This document shows, piece after piece, positions 28,340 through 40,425 of a stretch of 64,000 bases of DNA. The translations under genes and the position numbers were made by a program. Below the pieces are notes generated by a model. It made no database searches and was not told where the DNA came from. It worked only from the letters and a program-made list of their open reading frames with translations. The number at the start of each line of letters is the position of its first letter. Within the stretch, counting starts at the first letter, position 1. The stretch lies in NCBI GenBank assembly GCA_025201805.1, contig MU619278.1, forward strand, positions 161,752 through 225,751, given 5' to 3'. The stretch comes from Parasitella parasitica NRRL 2501 (taxonomy: Eukaryota; Fungi; Mucoromycota).

Positions 28340-29339
28340 ATTTTGAGTGTGGAAAAGGAATTGTATCTGTCGAAAAGATTTTTTTTTTCAATTCCCTTAG
28401 TAGCAGGAATCCTATTTCATCTTCCCTGGGGTTTTCTTTATATAAGCCTGTACGAATATAAGATCCTCTGATTCTGTAGTTGCAATTGCCAACTTTTCTT
28501 TCTCTATGCAACGTCGTTTAAAATGATCAGCAAAGCTGATGCCATTCTGTGCATATTTCATGATACGCTTTCTTTAGGCTTTGTCATCAGATTCATTGTT
28601 TTTGGACTCTCTTCTTCACTTGAGATGTGATTGCATTGCAGAAGGATTCTATCTGGGTGTCCTGAATGACGTTGTTATCAAACTTCTCATTGAATAGTTC
28701 GCTTGCTATATTATAAATCTTTTGTAAAGCAGGATCCATATATTCGTCTAAAAAAACAATATGCTTCTGTTGCTGTGTTGAGAAATGAATCAATGCAATC
28801 ATTTCTGGCATAGGTACTTCTGTTCGTGGCGCAATGGAATCAGCATTGTATATGTATACTTTTTTTGCCCAAAGTGAACTACGTAGTGAATAGTATGGTT
28901 CATTCTCTTGTTTGATAAAACCCTCCTCGCGAAAACGTTTGCTTGAAAACCCATTAATATTGACGATCACAAAAAGTGGAAGAGTCTTTTTGTTGCCAAA
29001 TATATTTAATGAATATCTCATCAAACGTGTTATAAACTCCTGAATAACCTTGTTCTGAATCTCCACTATGATAAATGGAAGATTCTTTTTGTTGTCTTTA
29101 GGATAGTATACTATATCAGATCGTGTGTTGTCATTGTGCTCTGTAGGTCCAATATAATACGCCAGAGTGCAAATACTATCACCCACAACTGAGCTGATTA
29201 GAATATCTTCTACTTTTTCTGTGCGAAACAATGCCTTGCTGCAAGAATCAGTTCCAGGTTTAACCGGTAAGGACAAATCGTATATGTTTTCAGCATGAAG
29301 GGCACTGTATGACGTATCGTCTTAAGTGGAAGTTGACAT
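28340..29339 (-). pseudogene. Decayed PD-(D/E)XK-like nuclease gene (copy B)
   Basis: ATG 29339 with early TAA; PGTDSCSKALF..PTEHNDNTRSDIVYYP..LPFIIVEIQNKV..FITRLMRY; 3' frameshifts and stops. Confidence 0.65.
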
Positions 29340-29545
29340 TGTTATTTACAAGTAAAAGGAAAGAGAAATTGAAAAAAAAAAATTATACAACAAGTTATTA
29401 AATCCATGTACACAGCCAATTTATTGGTATATAAATCTATGTTATGTGATTGTTTACTTACGCCAACATTGTAGTTGTAACATAATCAAGTAAATGAAGG
29501 TTTGATAATCACTCCTTGCCTTCCGTTGGTTTAAAATTTCATCAA

Positions 29546-30875
29546 CCATATTTTATTTCGTCAGTTTCCAAACTTGATTTCGTCAAATTATGATTTTAAT
29601 AAATCTCGTTTTTTTCAGTGCACTGGGAAAAGGATTGCATGCTATGGTTGACCCATCCTTGGCAAATTTCAGCAGATACTTCTAAGTACTCTTCCTTATG
29701 TGTTCAACCAAAACATGAGTACCTCTCATAGCAGGATTTCTTCTGACTAAGGTTTTTAGCTTTGAGAAGCATTCCTCAATCGGATTGAGGAAGGGAGAGT
29801 ATGGAGGCAAAAGGCACATTTGGTGCTGAGAGTTCTTGAACAACTCTTTTACCATGAGTGCCTTGTGGATGCAGGCATTATCCATGACGAAATGGTATGA
29901 ACCAGCCCCAGTATCATCCAATTCCTTCATAATGCCTTGGATAAACTCCTTGAAGATCTCGCCAGTTGTGCCTCCTTGGACCTTCTTGACAGAGACATCT
30001 TCAACGCCATGATACGAAATGGCTGCAAGAATGGAGACGTTGACAGCCCTCTTGGATTGCGTGAACACAACGCTCTGGCTCGTTTTCTTAGAGTATCCAA
30101 TCCCACGAACCAAATTGGCATTAAAACCAGCTTCATCGACAAAGATACAATTGTGGTTGTATGCAATGCCTTTTGTCTACAACTTGTTAACATACTCGAT
30201 TGTGGCGGCTATGTTTCTTCGCTCTTCAACAGGTTTGACGCGAGTTAAAGTATAGCCAATGTGCTCTACAAGAAATCTCCATAGACCACTGTCTGCCAGA
30301 TCAGAAAAGCTGCTCATTAGCTTTTCTTTTAACACTTCAAGCGTTTGAATGCAATCCTCGTCAAGAGTTTTTTGTAAAAAGAGCCAATGATCTTCATTGA
30401 ACTTGGTAGTTTGCCCCTTTCTTCTTCCTCTTTTCAAGGGCTCACTACGACCTTCCTGCCTGTAAAGATTTACCTGGATACTACGGGTAGCGCGACTGAC
30501 ACCCAGTTCTCCAGCAGCCTGAGAAATTGTCTTATCGCCCATCGTATCACGATATTGGATAGCCAGGTCTCATAATTCTTGAGAGAGCTTTTTGTAAGCT
30601 CCTCTTAGACCCCTATGATGGTTTCTTGAGGGAAACTGTTGCTTATTGATGTTTTCCTTTGAAGTTCTGCGGGTAGTCACCATTTTGTAAGCTTTAAAGT
30701 TAATGTTGAAAGTAGAGAAAGAGAGAGATTAATCCTTAGAACAAATTCTTTTAAATAGAAACACTGGTAACACTTAAAAAGACACTTTGGAAAAAGCGCC
30801 ATCTCAATGACGAACTGCTCATCATTATTACATCTTGACGAAATCAAGTTTGGAAACTGACGAAATAAAATATGG
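29546..30875 (-). mobile_element. Near-complete Tc1/IS630 DD34E DNA transposon (about 1.35 kb) with inactivated transposase (29596-30683)
   Basis: Perfect 41-bp inverted repeats at 29546-29586 and 30835-30875; FVDEAGF, VMDNACIH and PPYSPFLNPIEE motifs with 34 residues between D2 and E; in-frame stops at 30570-30572 and 30177-30179; 3' frameshift. Confidence 0.92.
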
Positions 30876-31659
30876 CTTTTGCTCAATTTTGACCGAAATC
30901 CGGTAATAGGCTAACGTGGCTTTCTCATTTCAAGTATTCAAGGGCGACGGTTAACAAGTATTAAAAATCCATGAGCAAGTGCAGAGGGTTAGATTTCATC
31001 TCTCCTTTTTTTTTTCTTTTTTCTAAATGATTACTGAGAGCATAGATTAATGCGAGACATAATATTTGGTCTCTCGACCAAATCGTTGCATGTTAACATC
31101 GACGAATGTGGAAATACAACACATTTTTCAAGGACATGCCAATCAATCTGTTGGATGGATGATCGTTAGCCGATGGCAAGTATGCACGTTATATTGAATG
31201 TCTTTTGTTGTATGTGCTTGTAGTAACGAGATGCAGAGAAATGCCTTCTATGTCAGTGCATTTCAAGTTTGTGGCTCGCAGTAAGGCTGTTTACCGTCAA
31301 AGAAAGAAGAAATAAATTTTCTGAATATTGTTGCAATTATGTTAGAAATTCCCTTTTCAACTTTTATACACTCCAATGTAAGATATTGTTGCTTTACAGC
31401 CAAATTCAATAAACAGGTAGATCAACAGCAGCGAGAGAGGCAGCATGAACATGGAAAAAAAAAGGGGGGGGGGTGTTATTATCATAAATGTGATCAATGC
31501 CAAAACGTTCTGGGTTTTGACATTTATACACCATTGATGGCCACTACTGCGACTTTTTGAGAAATGCGCTTTGTTGCTGTGTCGGCCATGTGCATTGTTG
31601 TTATCCAAATTTTATGAAATTGTGCATTATTCATGAGAAATACCGATTTGGTCTATTGG

Positions 31660-32237
31660 GTTAGCCTTCTTGTCCAAAAGCGTCTTGCTGCCTCTGTCCT
31701 CAAGTGCGGTCAAAGAAAGATTTGGCTAGATCCCAATGAAGTCAACGAGATCTCCAATGCCAACTCTCATAAGTTTTCACTGTTCCCGACCCCACTTTGC
31801 TATACTCATACCTAGCAACAGGCGCCGACATTCGTAAACTCGTAAAGGACGGTCTTATCATTCGCAAGCCCGAGATCTCTCAATCTCGCTTCCGTGTTCT
31901 TGATCGTGCTGCTGCCAAATGTAATGGTTGTCATACGGGTCATGGTGAGAGAAAGGGTACTGCTGATGCCCGTATGCGTGTCCTCCGTCGTCTCTTGGCC
32001 AAGTACAGAGAAGCTGGTAAGATTGACAAGCACTTGTACCATCAAGTTTACCTCAAGTCCAAGGGTAACGGTTTCAAGAACAAGCGTGTCTTGATGGAGC
32101 ACATCCATAAGGCTAAGGCTGAAAAGGCTCGTGCTAAGACTCTTGCTGAACAAGCTGATGTCCTCCGTGCCAAGAATAAGGCTATTCGTGAACGTCGTGC
32201 TAACAAGAAGACTGAGAAGCTCGTACCTCGTCAATAG
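31660..32237 (+). pseudogene. RPL19: 60S ribosomal protein L19 (eL19) pseudogene, intron-retaining duplicate
   Basis: [48 protein letters not shown]; no proper ATG; intron 31769-31821 begins ATAAGT; about 10 codons missing after GTADARM. Confidence 0.85.
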
Positions 32238-32613
32238 ATTATCTTTATTAATGAAATCAACAATAGGGTTCCACTATATGTTTGGACGTCGAGGACTACA
32301 ACATCTATAATTTTTTTCATCGGATTACTGTTCTTTTTTGGTGACTGATCTCGCCCTGAAGTTTCCACTGCGTCCTCAGCTGATTGTGTCTTGACAAAAA
32401 TGCCATCTAGAGTGAAGCTTCTTTATTTCTTTTTGGATTTCGAGTAAAGAGAGAGCTAAGATGTTGAATTTTATAATCAGGGGAGGTTCCATCTGATCCT
32501 TGAACCATTTATTTCAAGTCGAGGTCCCGAAATAGATCACCATTGATTCTGTTTTTAGTTTTCGTTTTTTCCTCTCTCTCCACCCCTCCCCCCTTTGTTT
32601 TTTTTTTTTTTTG

Positions 32614-35600
32614 ATGGCTAGACGTAAAGAAAGCCTATTGCAGTCCTGGGAATTATTAAATTCATCAAACAAGATTAGCACGAACAAAAGAGCAACTCTG
32701 GATAGAGCGATTGTTTTATCGAAAAGTATGTGTTGAAGCTCGAAAAAAAAAAAAGACCTTCTAGTTTAACAAGAAATAAGATACCCCAACACCTCCCATA
32801 GTAACGATTCAAGACATTATGGCACAAAGATCGCAAAGCTTTGCTTACGGTAGTCGCAATTCGCCGAAATCTGCAGCCTCGACTGCAGCAAAACGAAAGA
32901 ACGACATTTACTCGGCTTTTCTATCCACAATTGCAATCGAATTAAGGCAGCGAGTTACGTTAGCAGATCATATCAAGGACGGTATTGAGTACAAAAACTC
33001 ATTTGATGGCAAACATGTAGTTGTAAGTAATGTCTACCATCCTCTTTTTCTCTATATACTAGACAATCGCACTTACAAAATACTAGGATAAAATTGCACT
33101 GATTGTGCAAACTACGGATCGAAAACTTGCTTTGCGGATTGGCCGAATGTTGTGTGAACAGCGCTTCTTCCATGATATCAGTTATGAGACTCAGCTTGTG
33201 GATTCCTCGGTTTACCTATATGAATTTACGAATCGTACGCTGTATTCACTAAATACGCAGAAGCGAAATGAAAGTGATTGGAGTGGCAGTGAACCTCAGG
33301 GCGAAAACAACATGGATCTAGTCAACAATCCAGCGATTCCTAATGGCATTATCGTTGATCTGACACATTGCTATGTACCAACATGCTGGGATCTCAAGCC
33401 TTGCTACAGTCCTATTTGCCCAAAAAGATTGACACAGGTAAGATACAATGCCTCTTCTCTTCCCTCCAGCCAGATATCGAATAAGCAAAGCTTACACTAT
33501 TCATATATGCGTACATGTATTCAAACGATAGCTGAAAAGAGTTGAAAGCAACGAATCAATCACTAATATGCTACTGCCTATTTCCCCATCCAAATCAACA
33601 TTGTCGATATCGAAATCTGCGTTACACCATGATTACTGGGCCGATGGTGTGGAGAAATCAGTCTACGACTCATTATCGAAAATAGAACAAAAGCGGCAAG
33701 AAAACTTGTTCGAGTTGATATACACTGAAAAAGATTATGTACAAAGTCTAGAATATTTGCAAAATGTAAAAAGAAAAAAAGGCCTCTAAACTTTTGCTTA
33801 CTACAGTGGAAACTAAGCAATTTTTGTATTAGATGTGGATCAGGCCTTTGGCAGAGAGACCCATCATCCCAGCGTCTCGAAAGGAGACATTTTTGGGAAA
33901 AGTATTTGGAAACATTGATGAGATATACATGATAAATTTTCGCTTCTTACAAGCATTGCAAGAACGTCAAAGCCAGCACTGCATTATTTCGCAAATTGGT
34001 GACATTTTGCTCCAGTTCGTCGTTGAATTTGAACCTTACATCAGCTATGGCTCAAAGCAGTACGAAGCCAAATTTGCCCTGGAGAATGAACGATTCATCA
34101 ATCCGAACTTTAATGCCTTTGTGGAAGCTACTGAACGACACCCTAACTCGCTGAAATTGGAGCTAAACGGCTATCTTACAAAGCCAACGACTCGATTAGG
34201 ACGATACACCCTCTTGTTCAATGAAATCCTGAAACATACACCTGCCGATCATCCAGATTTAATAGACTTGCCAAAATCAGTGACAATTATAAAGCGTTTT
34301 TTATCTCGTGTCAACACAGAGACAGGAAAAGCTAAAAACCGGTTTGATCTGGAACGCATTCACTACAACTTGTCATTCAAAAACAAAGCAGATGAAGTAG
34401 TAAGTTTGGATTGCACAAGTCTATTTCAACGTTGTCGCTCAATTCTTGCCTAGAACCTTGATTTACTGTACAAAAACAGAAGTATCGTTAAACAAGGCAT
34501 GCTGAAGAAATCTGTACAGTTGGATTCTGTTGAATATCATGTGATTTTATTTGACCATTATCTGGTTATTGCAAAACTGAAAATAACTAATGGAACAGAA
34601 CGCTATATTATTCAAAAACGAGCAAGTATCAAATTAGATGGGTTATTTCGATGTGTGGTGTTCGTTCCTAAATGTTTTATATATAGCCAATCCCTATTGA
34701 ATTACTGTCAGTTTACCTGCCGGACACAAATATAGCTAGTAAAAGAGCAAGTGCAATGGCACTGCCTTATTTGGCCCTGAATCTGGCGAATCCGACTGCA
34801 ATAGCACCAATAGCCCAAGGCAGGGCCTCCACTGATCTTGGACCATACGCGAACCAGAATCTCAACAATAGCCCTGCTGCAAATGGTAACAGTAGTAAAC
34901 CTAATCAATATCCCATCGCATTCCAACATCTAGGACGCTCGACATCCACCCCTTATATACTCTTTGCACCTTCTCTTGCCACACGCAAACCTTGGATAGA
35001 GAAAGTAAGAATTCAGCAGGAGGAAAAGAACAATCGAAGTCCTATCTTTGAGGTTGTTTCGTCTGTATTGGAACACCAATTCCTTATTCTCAACAAAATC
35101 CACCATTTCATCACATTCAGTAAGTAGAAAGTCTATACAATTGATTGTACTTACATTATGATGGTACTGATATCATGTTGCTTTAGATGGCGGTCAACAA
35201 TACCTGCTGGCTGCAGACGATGGTGTCTATGTTGGGCACCACAACTATAGACACGCTGAAGCAACTCCACATAAAGTATTGTCACTCGCGAAAGTAACAC
35301 AGATACAGACCATCGAGAGCATAGAGACATTACTGGTATTGGCAGATCGCACTTTATGGGAGTATCCGCTGGATATTGTAAACGGGAAGCCAGAAACTCA
35401 GCCTCGTGGCCGCCTGGTTCAAACGCATGTACCCTTCTTTTATGTGGGCACTTGCCTCAAGCGAACGATGGTGTGTGTACCAAAGATTTCTACTTTGAGA
35501 TCTGTGATTACGGTTTTCGAGGCCATCAAGAGAACAGATCATCTCGGAAACCCTTGCAACAATGCCATGTCTGCTTCTTTTCCATCATCATCTGGAGCTA

Positions 35601-36454
35601 CGAATAAACGTGCGAGTGGACTGTTCGATAAACTCATGTCGTTGCGAGCGCTGTCTCAGCCAGCAGATGATCTCTATTTACGTAAAGTAAAAGACACATA
35701 TGTTCCATGTGAAGCCTTTGCTGTGGAGTTGTCTACATCAATGATGCTGATCACTTCATCCAGAGGTATGATCATGATTGATATGAGAACGGATCAGCCT
35801 CAGCGTAAGTAAATTACAATGATCTTGGCTTCTACTAAAACATGCTTTTAGAATTACTCAACCCTGGCGATAGACACTTGGCTTTTATTACAGAAAGAGA
35901 AAAGGAGGTTTCACGCTCTCTTAATCTGCGGCAGCCTGTCAAACGCATTGCTGTCTTTAGAACTCCTCGCAACCATTATTTCATGTGCTACGATGGTAAG
36001 ACGGTTGCACCTCATACTGGACGTATCCAAACCTTATACGTTTCGTTATGTAGAATATGCATTTTACATTGATAGCAAAGGAAACAGATTATTTACTCGA
36101 TTCTTGATCGAGTGGGAAGGTACGCCTGATTCGTTTGCGTTCAGCTACCCTTATGTCATGGCTTTTGATTCGTCGTTTATAGAAGTTCGAAACGTAATAA
36201 CAGTAAGTATAATTTAAGGATAAAATTGTAAACAGCGTTTGACCTGTTGCTAGGGTGCCATTGAGCAGATCATTCGTGGTAAACAGATCAGGTGTCTAAA
36301 CAATGGCCATAAAACAGAATTGCCGTTGATATTCGGGTCCATGACAGATCCCGTCAAAGACAACTATCAATTTGTCTACAAGATTCAGTTGATTGCCGAG
36401 CATTCCATTGAGCAAGACATCACCTCGATTGAACCATCGACATTTCGTCGATAA
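32614..36454 (+). CDS. Rho guanine nucleotide exchange factor, Rom/Rgf type (DEP-DH-PH-CNH), multi-exon
   Basis: IKDGIEYKNSFDG (DEP); KRQENLFELIYTEKDY and KLELNGYLTKPTTRLGRY (DH); VILFDHYL (PH); KVTQIQ, IEWEGTPDSFAFSYPY (CNH). Confidence 0.92.
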
Positions 36455-36686
36455 CCAGTTGTATACACTGATTGTGCTTTTATATTTTGTATCTATTTGT
36501 CTTATGCATTACTCTCTATTAATAGCTTCTTTTTTCTCTCACTAATCACCATCTCCTAAAACTTCAACTGCATTAATAAACTATTATATTATATACATTA
36601 TATGAATGTATTTCAGCATGCATGAATAAATATATATATTTTCAAGAAATGTGTTAAATAGTTTGAAATACAGAAACTTAACATAG

Positions 36687-37965
36687 TTAATATCGACGAT
36701 AATGATTTTGGCTAAAGGGATGTTGCTGTGGATAATAGGTTTGTGGTGAATATACAGAAGGATAAGTTGGAGGTAGATACTGAGGCTGTTGTTGCTGTAT
36801 CATAGCACTGTTACACAATGGGTGTGTCAAAACAAGGTTGTATAAACTCAAGCTGCCCTCTTACCTTGTGTTTTGAAGCATTTCTGGTTGAAGTCTAGCA
36901 GACGCAACAACAGATCGAGATGAATAACGTGGCTTTACAGACAATGTTGGCGTTTGTTGTAATTTTGCACGTAATAAACGGCCATCAGCTAGCGAATTAT
37001 CCAACCTTGATTGGCATTCTAACGCAGCATCTGGATGCACAAACTCAATCTCTGCCTCGTTCAAAGGTCTGCCCATGGCATCTAATAGCATGTCGCAGCT
37101 GAGGATGGGGCCAAACATTGAACATGCTTCCTTTTGTATATGTTAGTTGAGATATGTCCGCAAAACGCTCGAAATAAAACGTGCCAACTTACTCCAACAT
37201 CCTCGGCTGTTGCTCGAGGATCCAAATTGCAAATAACCACAATCTTCTTTGCAGGTTCTTTTTGTCGTAGTTGCGGTTGCTGCTTGCTGTATTCTCGTTC
37301 ATCGCGAATTTTAGGTGACTCTTGTGAGTGGTTGGAGCTAGTCGATGAATGCGGGTTTTGCTGTTTTGACTTCGGTCTATTGTCAGGCTTTGATGAAACA
37401 TGAGGCTTTGTAAGTTTACTTTGAATGATCAGCGATTCAGACCCTCTTTCTGTTTTTTTGGTGCTGGCAGTACGATTGACCATTGGTTTAGTGATAATAA
37501 TTTTTGAAGGATCCAATCTCTCTGATGTTTGACGATTTTCGCTTGAGCTTGATCTATTGATTATAAGTGATCCATTTCGCTTAAATAAAAGGCGCATTCA
37601 GCAAAATATCCTTCGCTATTCGAAAAGAAAAGGCTTACCATTCCTGTTGGTATGCCAGACCCGCGCTGAGGTTTACTGATGCCTCGTCCTAATCTCGAAT
37701 TAATCAAGCTACCATTACCATCGACTCGCTGATTAATAGGCTTGCTCCCAATGCGGTTATTTACATGACTTCTCGGGGTATTCCTACCGCCAGTAATACG
37801 AGTATTGCCTCTTTTCGAATTAGTTTGGCGTTCGTGATTTCCTCTATCGATAGTTCTTATGGGTCCACTGCTGCCAAGTGCTCTCTTTCCGCCACGTCCT
37901 TTATTAGAATTCAACTTGATCGTGTCCTCGAGCGACCTATCTAAATCCTTGTTTCCGTTTGTCAT
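36687..37965 (-). CDS. RRM protein with N-terminal UAP56-binding-like motif (ALYREF/Yra1/POLDIP3-like), multi-exon
   Basis: DLDRSLEDTIK motif, RGG-rich segment, RRM KIVVICNLD..MFGPILSC..AEIEF..LADGRLLRAKL. Confidence 0.7.
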
Positions 37966-38852
37966 GATTAGAAGAGGACGAGAGGAAAGAAATACAGTAA
38001 AATTGAACTGAACACACACAATTGAGCGCAATTGGAGAATTTGTGGGAGTTTCAATGAAATACATGGCTCCTTTTTTCCCCCCATTCACTTGCTTAAACT
38101 ATGCCAAAGAAAACTGACAACGTATGGACAAAGGAAGAGGCTGTATACACATTAGAATCCATGACATGTCGCATTTTACCTGGCTTACAAGCGCGTGAGT
38201 ACACGGTCAAGTCGTCATCGAAAGCTATCACTGCCATAGATTTGGTAGTATGGGCCATAATATTATACGTTGTCAAGGTAACTAGTTTCTGGGCATGTAT
38301 GATCAATTTATTCAACACGCTCGCTAGTCTGGAATGTACAGATATGCCGCTGTATTAACGCTTATATGGCTATTTTTTAAGCGAAAATCTGTCAGAAAAG
38401 GTATTTACTGTGAGTTGTGTGGCTTCCAATATCAATGACTGACATCAAGGAGGTTAGAAAGCATCCTATCCATTCGGGATGTCGGCATACAAGTCAAGAC
38501 TACATACTGGGGTGGATCTTCAGTGTCACGGTTCATCAATAGAGATAAAATAGACGATGTGATTATCAATGAAGGAATTAACTTTTGGCAGATCAAATCG
38601 TACATGGCGATATTAGTAAAAAATGAAGACAAAATGGTGGTTGTATTTGAGGTAAAACCAAACCATCAAAACTCAAATCCAAGTTGTTAACAGTATGTAG
38701 CATCTATTACCAAGGTTGAAGCCTGTTTTACTACGAGCATATCAAGGCACCAGAGCAATCATATTCACACAGAAACCAAATCATATACTGGAATCATTTT
38801 ACTCGTCAAAATAAAGAAATGGTATAACAAATTTATTATCGCATTAAAAAAG

Positions 38853-40289
38853 CTATGAATACCCCACTGATAAATCATTCAATGCAACGCAGACTGCAGC
38901 TTTATGATGGCCATTGTACTGTCTAATGGTTTCTCCGTTCTGAAGCTCCCATAACCTTGCTACGTGATCCGAAGATGCTGTAACTAGGTAGGCTGAATCT
39001 GCTGAAAATGCGCAATCCCATACCCATCTTTGATGCCCTTGCAACGTCAATAGTAATTCAAAATTCTTTTCGGTATTCCATATCTTGGCTGTATTGTCTG
39101 CTGAACAGGTAGCAAGAAGCCTAATCCATGTAATTAGTAACCTATACCACAATAAAGATGCTGACAGAAAATTTACTTGGTATCAGGACTCAACATGACT
39201 CGTAAAATGTAGTTATTGTGCGCTTGGAATTGATGAATGGGCTCCACCTCATTCGAATCCGGGCCATTAGAGAGTTTCCAGACATAGCAATTACCCTTAT
39301 TGTTCACTGCAATCAGCATGGAACCGTCCGAAGCAACAGTAACAGATCTCATGGGTACACCTTCCTCAGGAACCTAACATACTGTTTACCTATCTGTATC
39401 CATATTTCAAATATTACCAACTCTTTACCAGTTCATGAGTACATGAATGTGCAGTTAAATCCCAAATTTTGACAGCTCCATTCTGATCGCAAGTAATCAA
39501 TTCACCTTGATTAGCATGCATAACAGCATCTGTAATAGGCGCTCCGTTATCGAAATTCCGTGTAAGCACAGGATTCCGACCTGATCTGGTATCCCAAATC
39601 TTCAAATGTCCATCCTCACTTGCTGTAAACATCCAACGTCCTTCGCCATGAAATCCAGCAGCAATAACATTTCCTGTATGCTCTCCAAACACAATAAACT
39701 AACAAACCAAAAAAATACAATATATCAATGCATGCCAATTGACCACAATTATGTTGCACGTACAGGACTATCATTATTGCTTGCAATATCGTATAAACGA
39801 ACGGAATGGTTGCCTAAAAAGAAACATGTTGGAGCCAAGATGGTTCAATTATCAAAGTAAATTCATGTACCTGCGGCAGCGAGAATGGTTTTGTCTGGTG
39901 AGATACAAAGTCGATTCACTTGCTATTTGAGACCCATTGTAAGATTGTCGCAACTAATCCTTTGATACAACACTTACTGAGTCGGGATGTTTGATGGTCT
40001 TGGAACAGATACCACTAAGAGCCTCCCAAAATCTAACTGTGTTATCATATCCTGCAGTGACCAAAATGACGGAATGACTATCGTTTTGTAAAGATTGCTC
40101 GTATTGCATTTGAGCATAATATTGCTGTTGATCCTGCTGTTGTCCTTGCTGTTGTCCTTGTTGGGTTTGCTGTTGCTGTTGAACTTGTTGACCTTGTTGA
40201 CCTTGTTGCTGTTGCTGCTGTTGCTGCTGTTGTTGTTTAAACTTTTGTTGTTGCTGATGCTGCTGAGTCTCTTGATTATCCTCGGCCAT
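38853..40289 (-). CDS. LST8: TOR complex subunit LST8, with N-terminal poly-Q extension
   Basis: [74 protein letters not shown]. Confidence 0.96.
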
Positions 40290-40425
40290 TATATCCACGA
40301 CTTGAACAGTAAGACAGAAAAGGAGCTCCCCTACATACATCGTGAAAAGGCTATCAAAACCAGTTCTCCTGCAGTCACAACCTATTCAATATGTGTGCAA
40401 AAATATGAAGCCAAAGATTTATTGT

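Noticed and set aside
29295-29310. GGCACTGTA as the right TIR for the 27590 element
   Set aside because: Only 9 bp match and it lies inside the coding region of nuclease copy B; likely chance
28340-29339. Fanzor/TnpB identity for the transposon-adjacent gene
   Set aside because: No RuvC D-E-D motifs or zinc finger; motifs fit a PD-(D/E)XK-like fold instead
30113-30193. Programmed frameshift between the two IS630-like ORFs
   Set aside because: ORFs 30177-30542 and 29682-30113 are in the same frame, separated by one TAG; this is a nonsense mutation, not recoding
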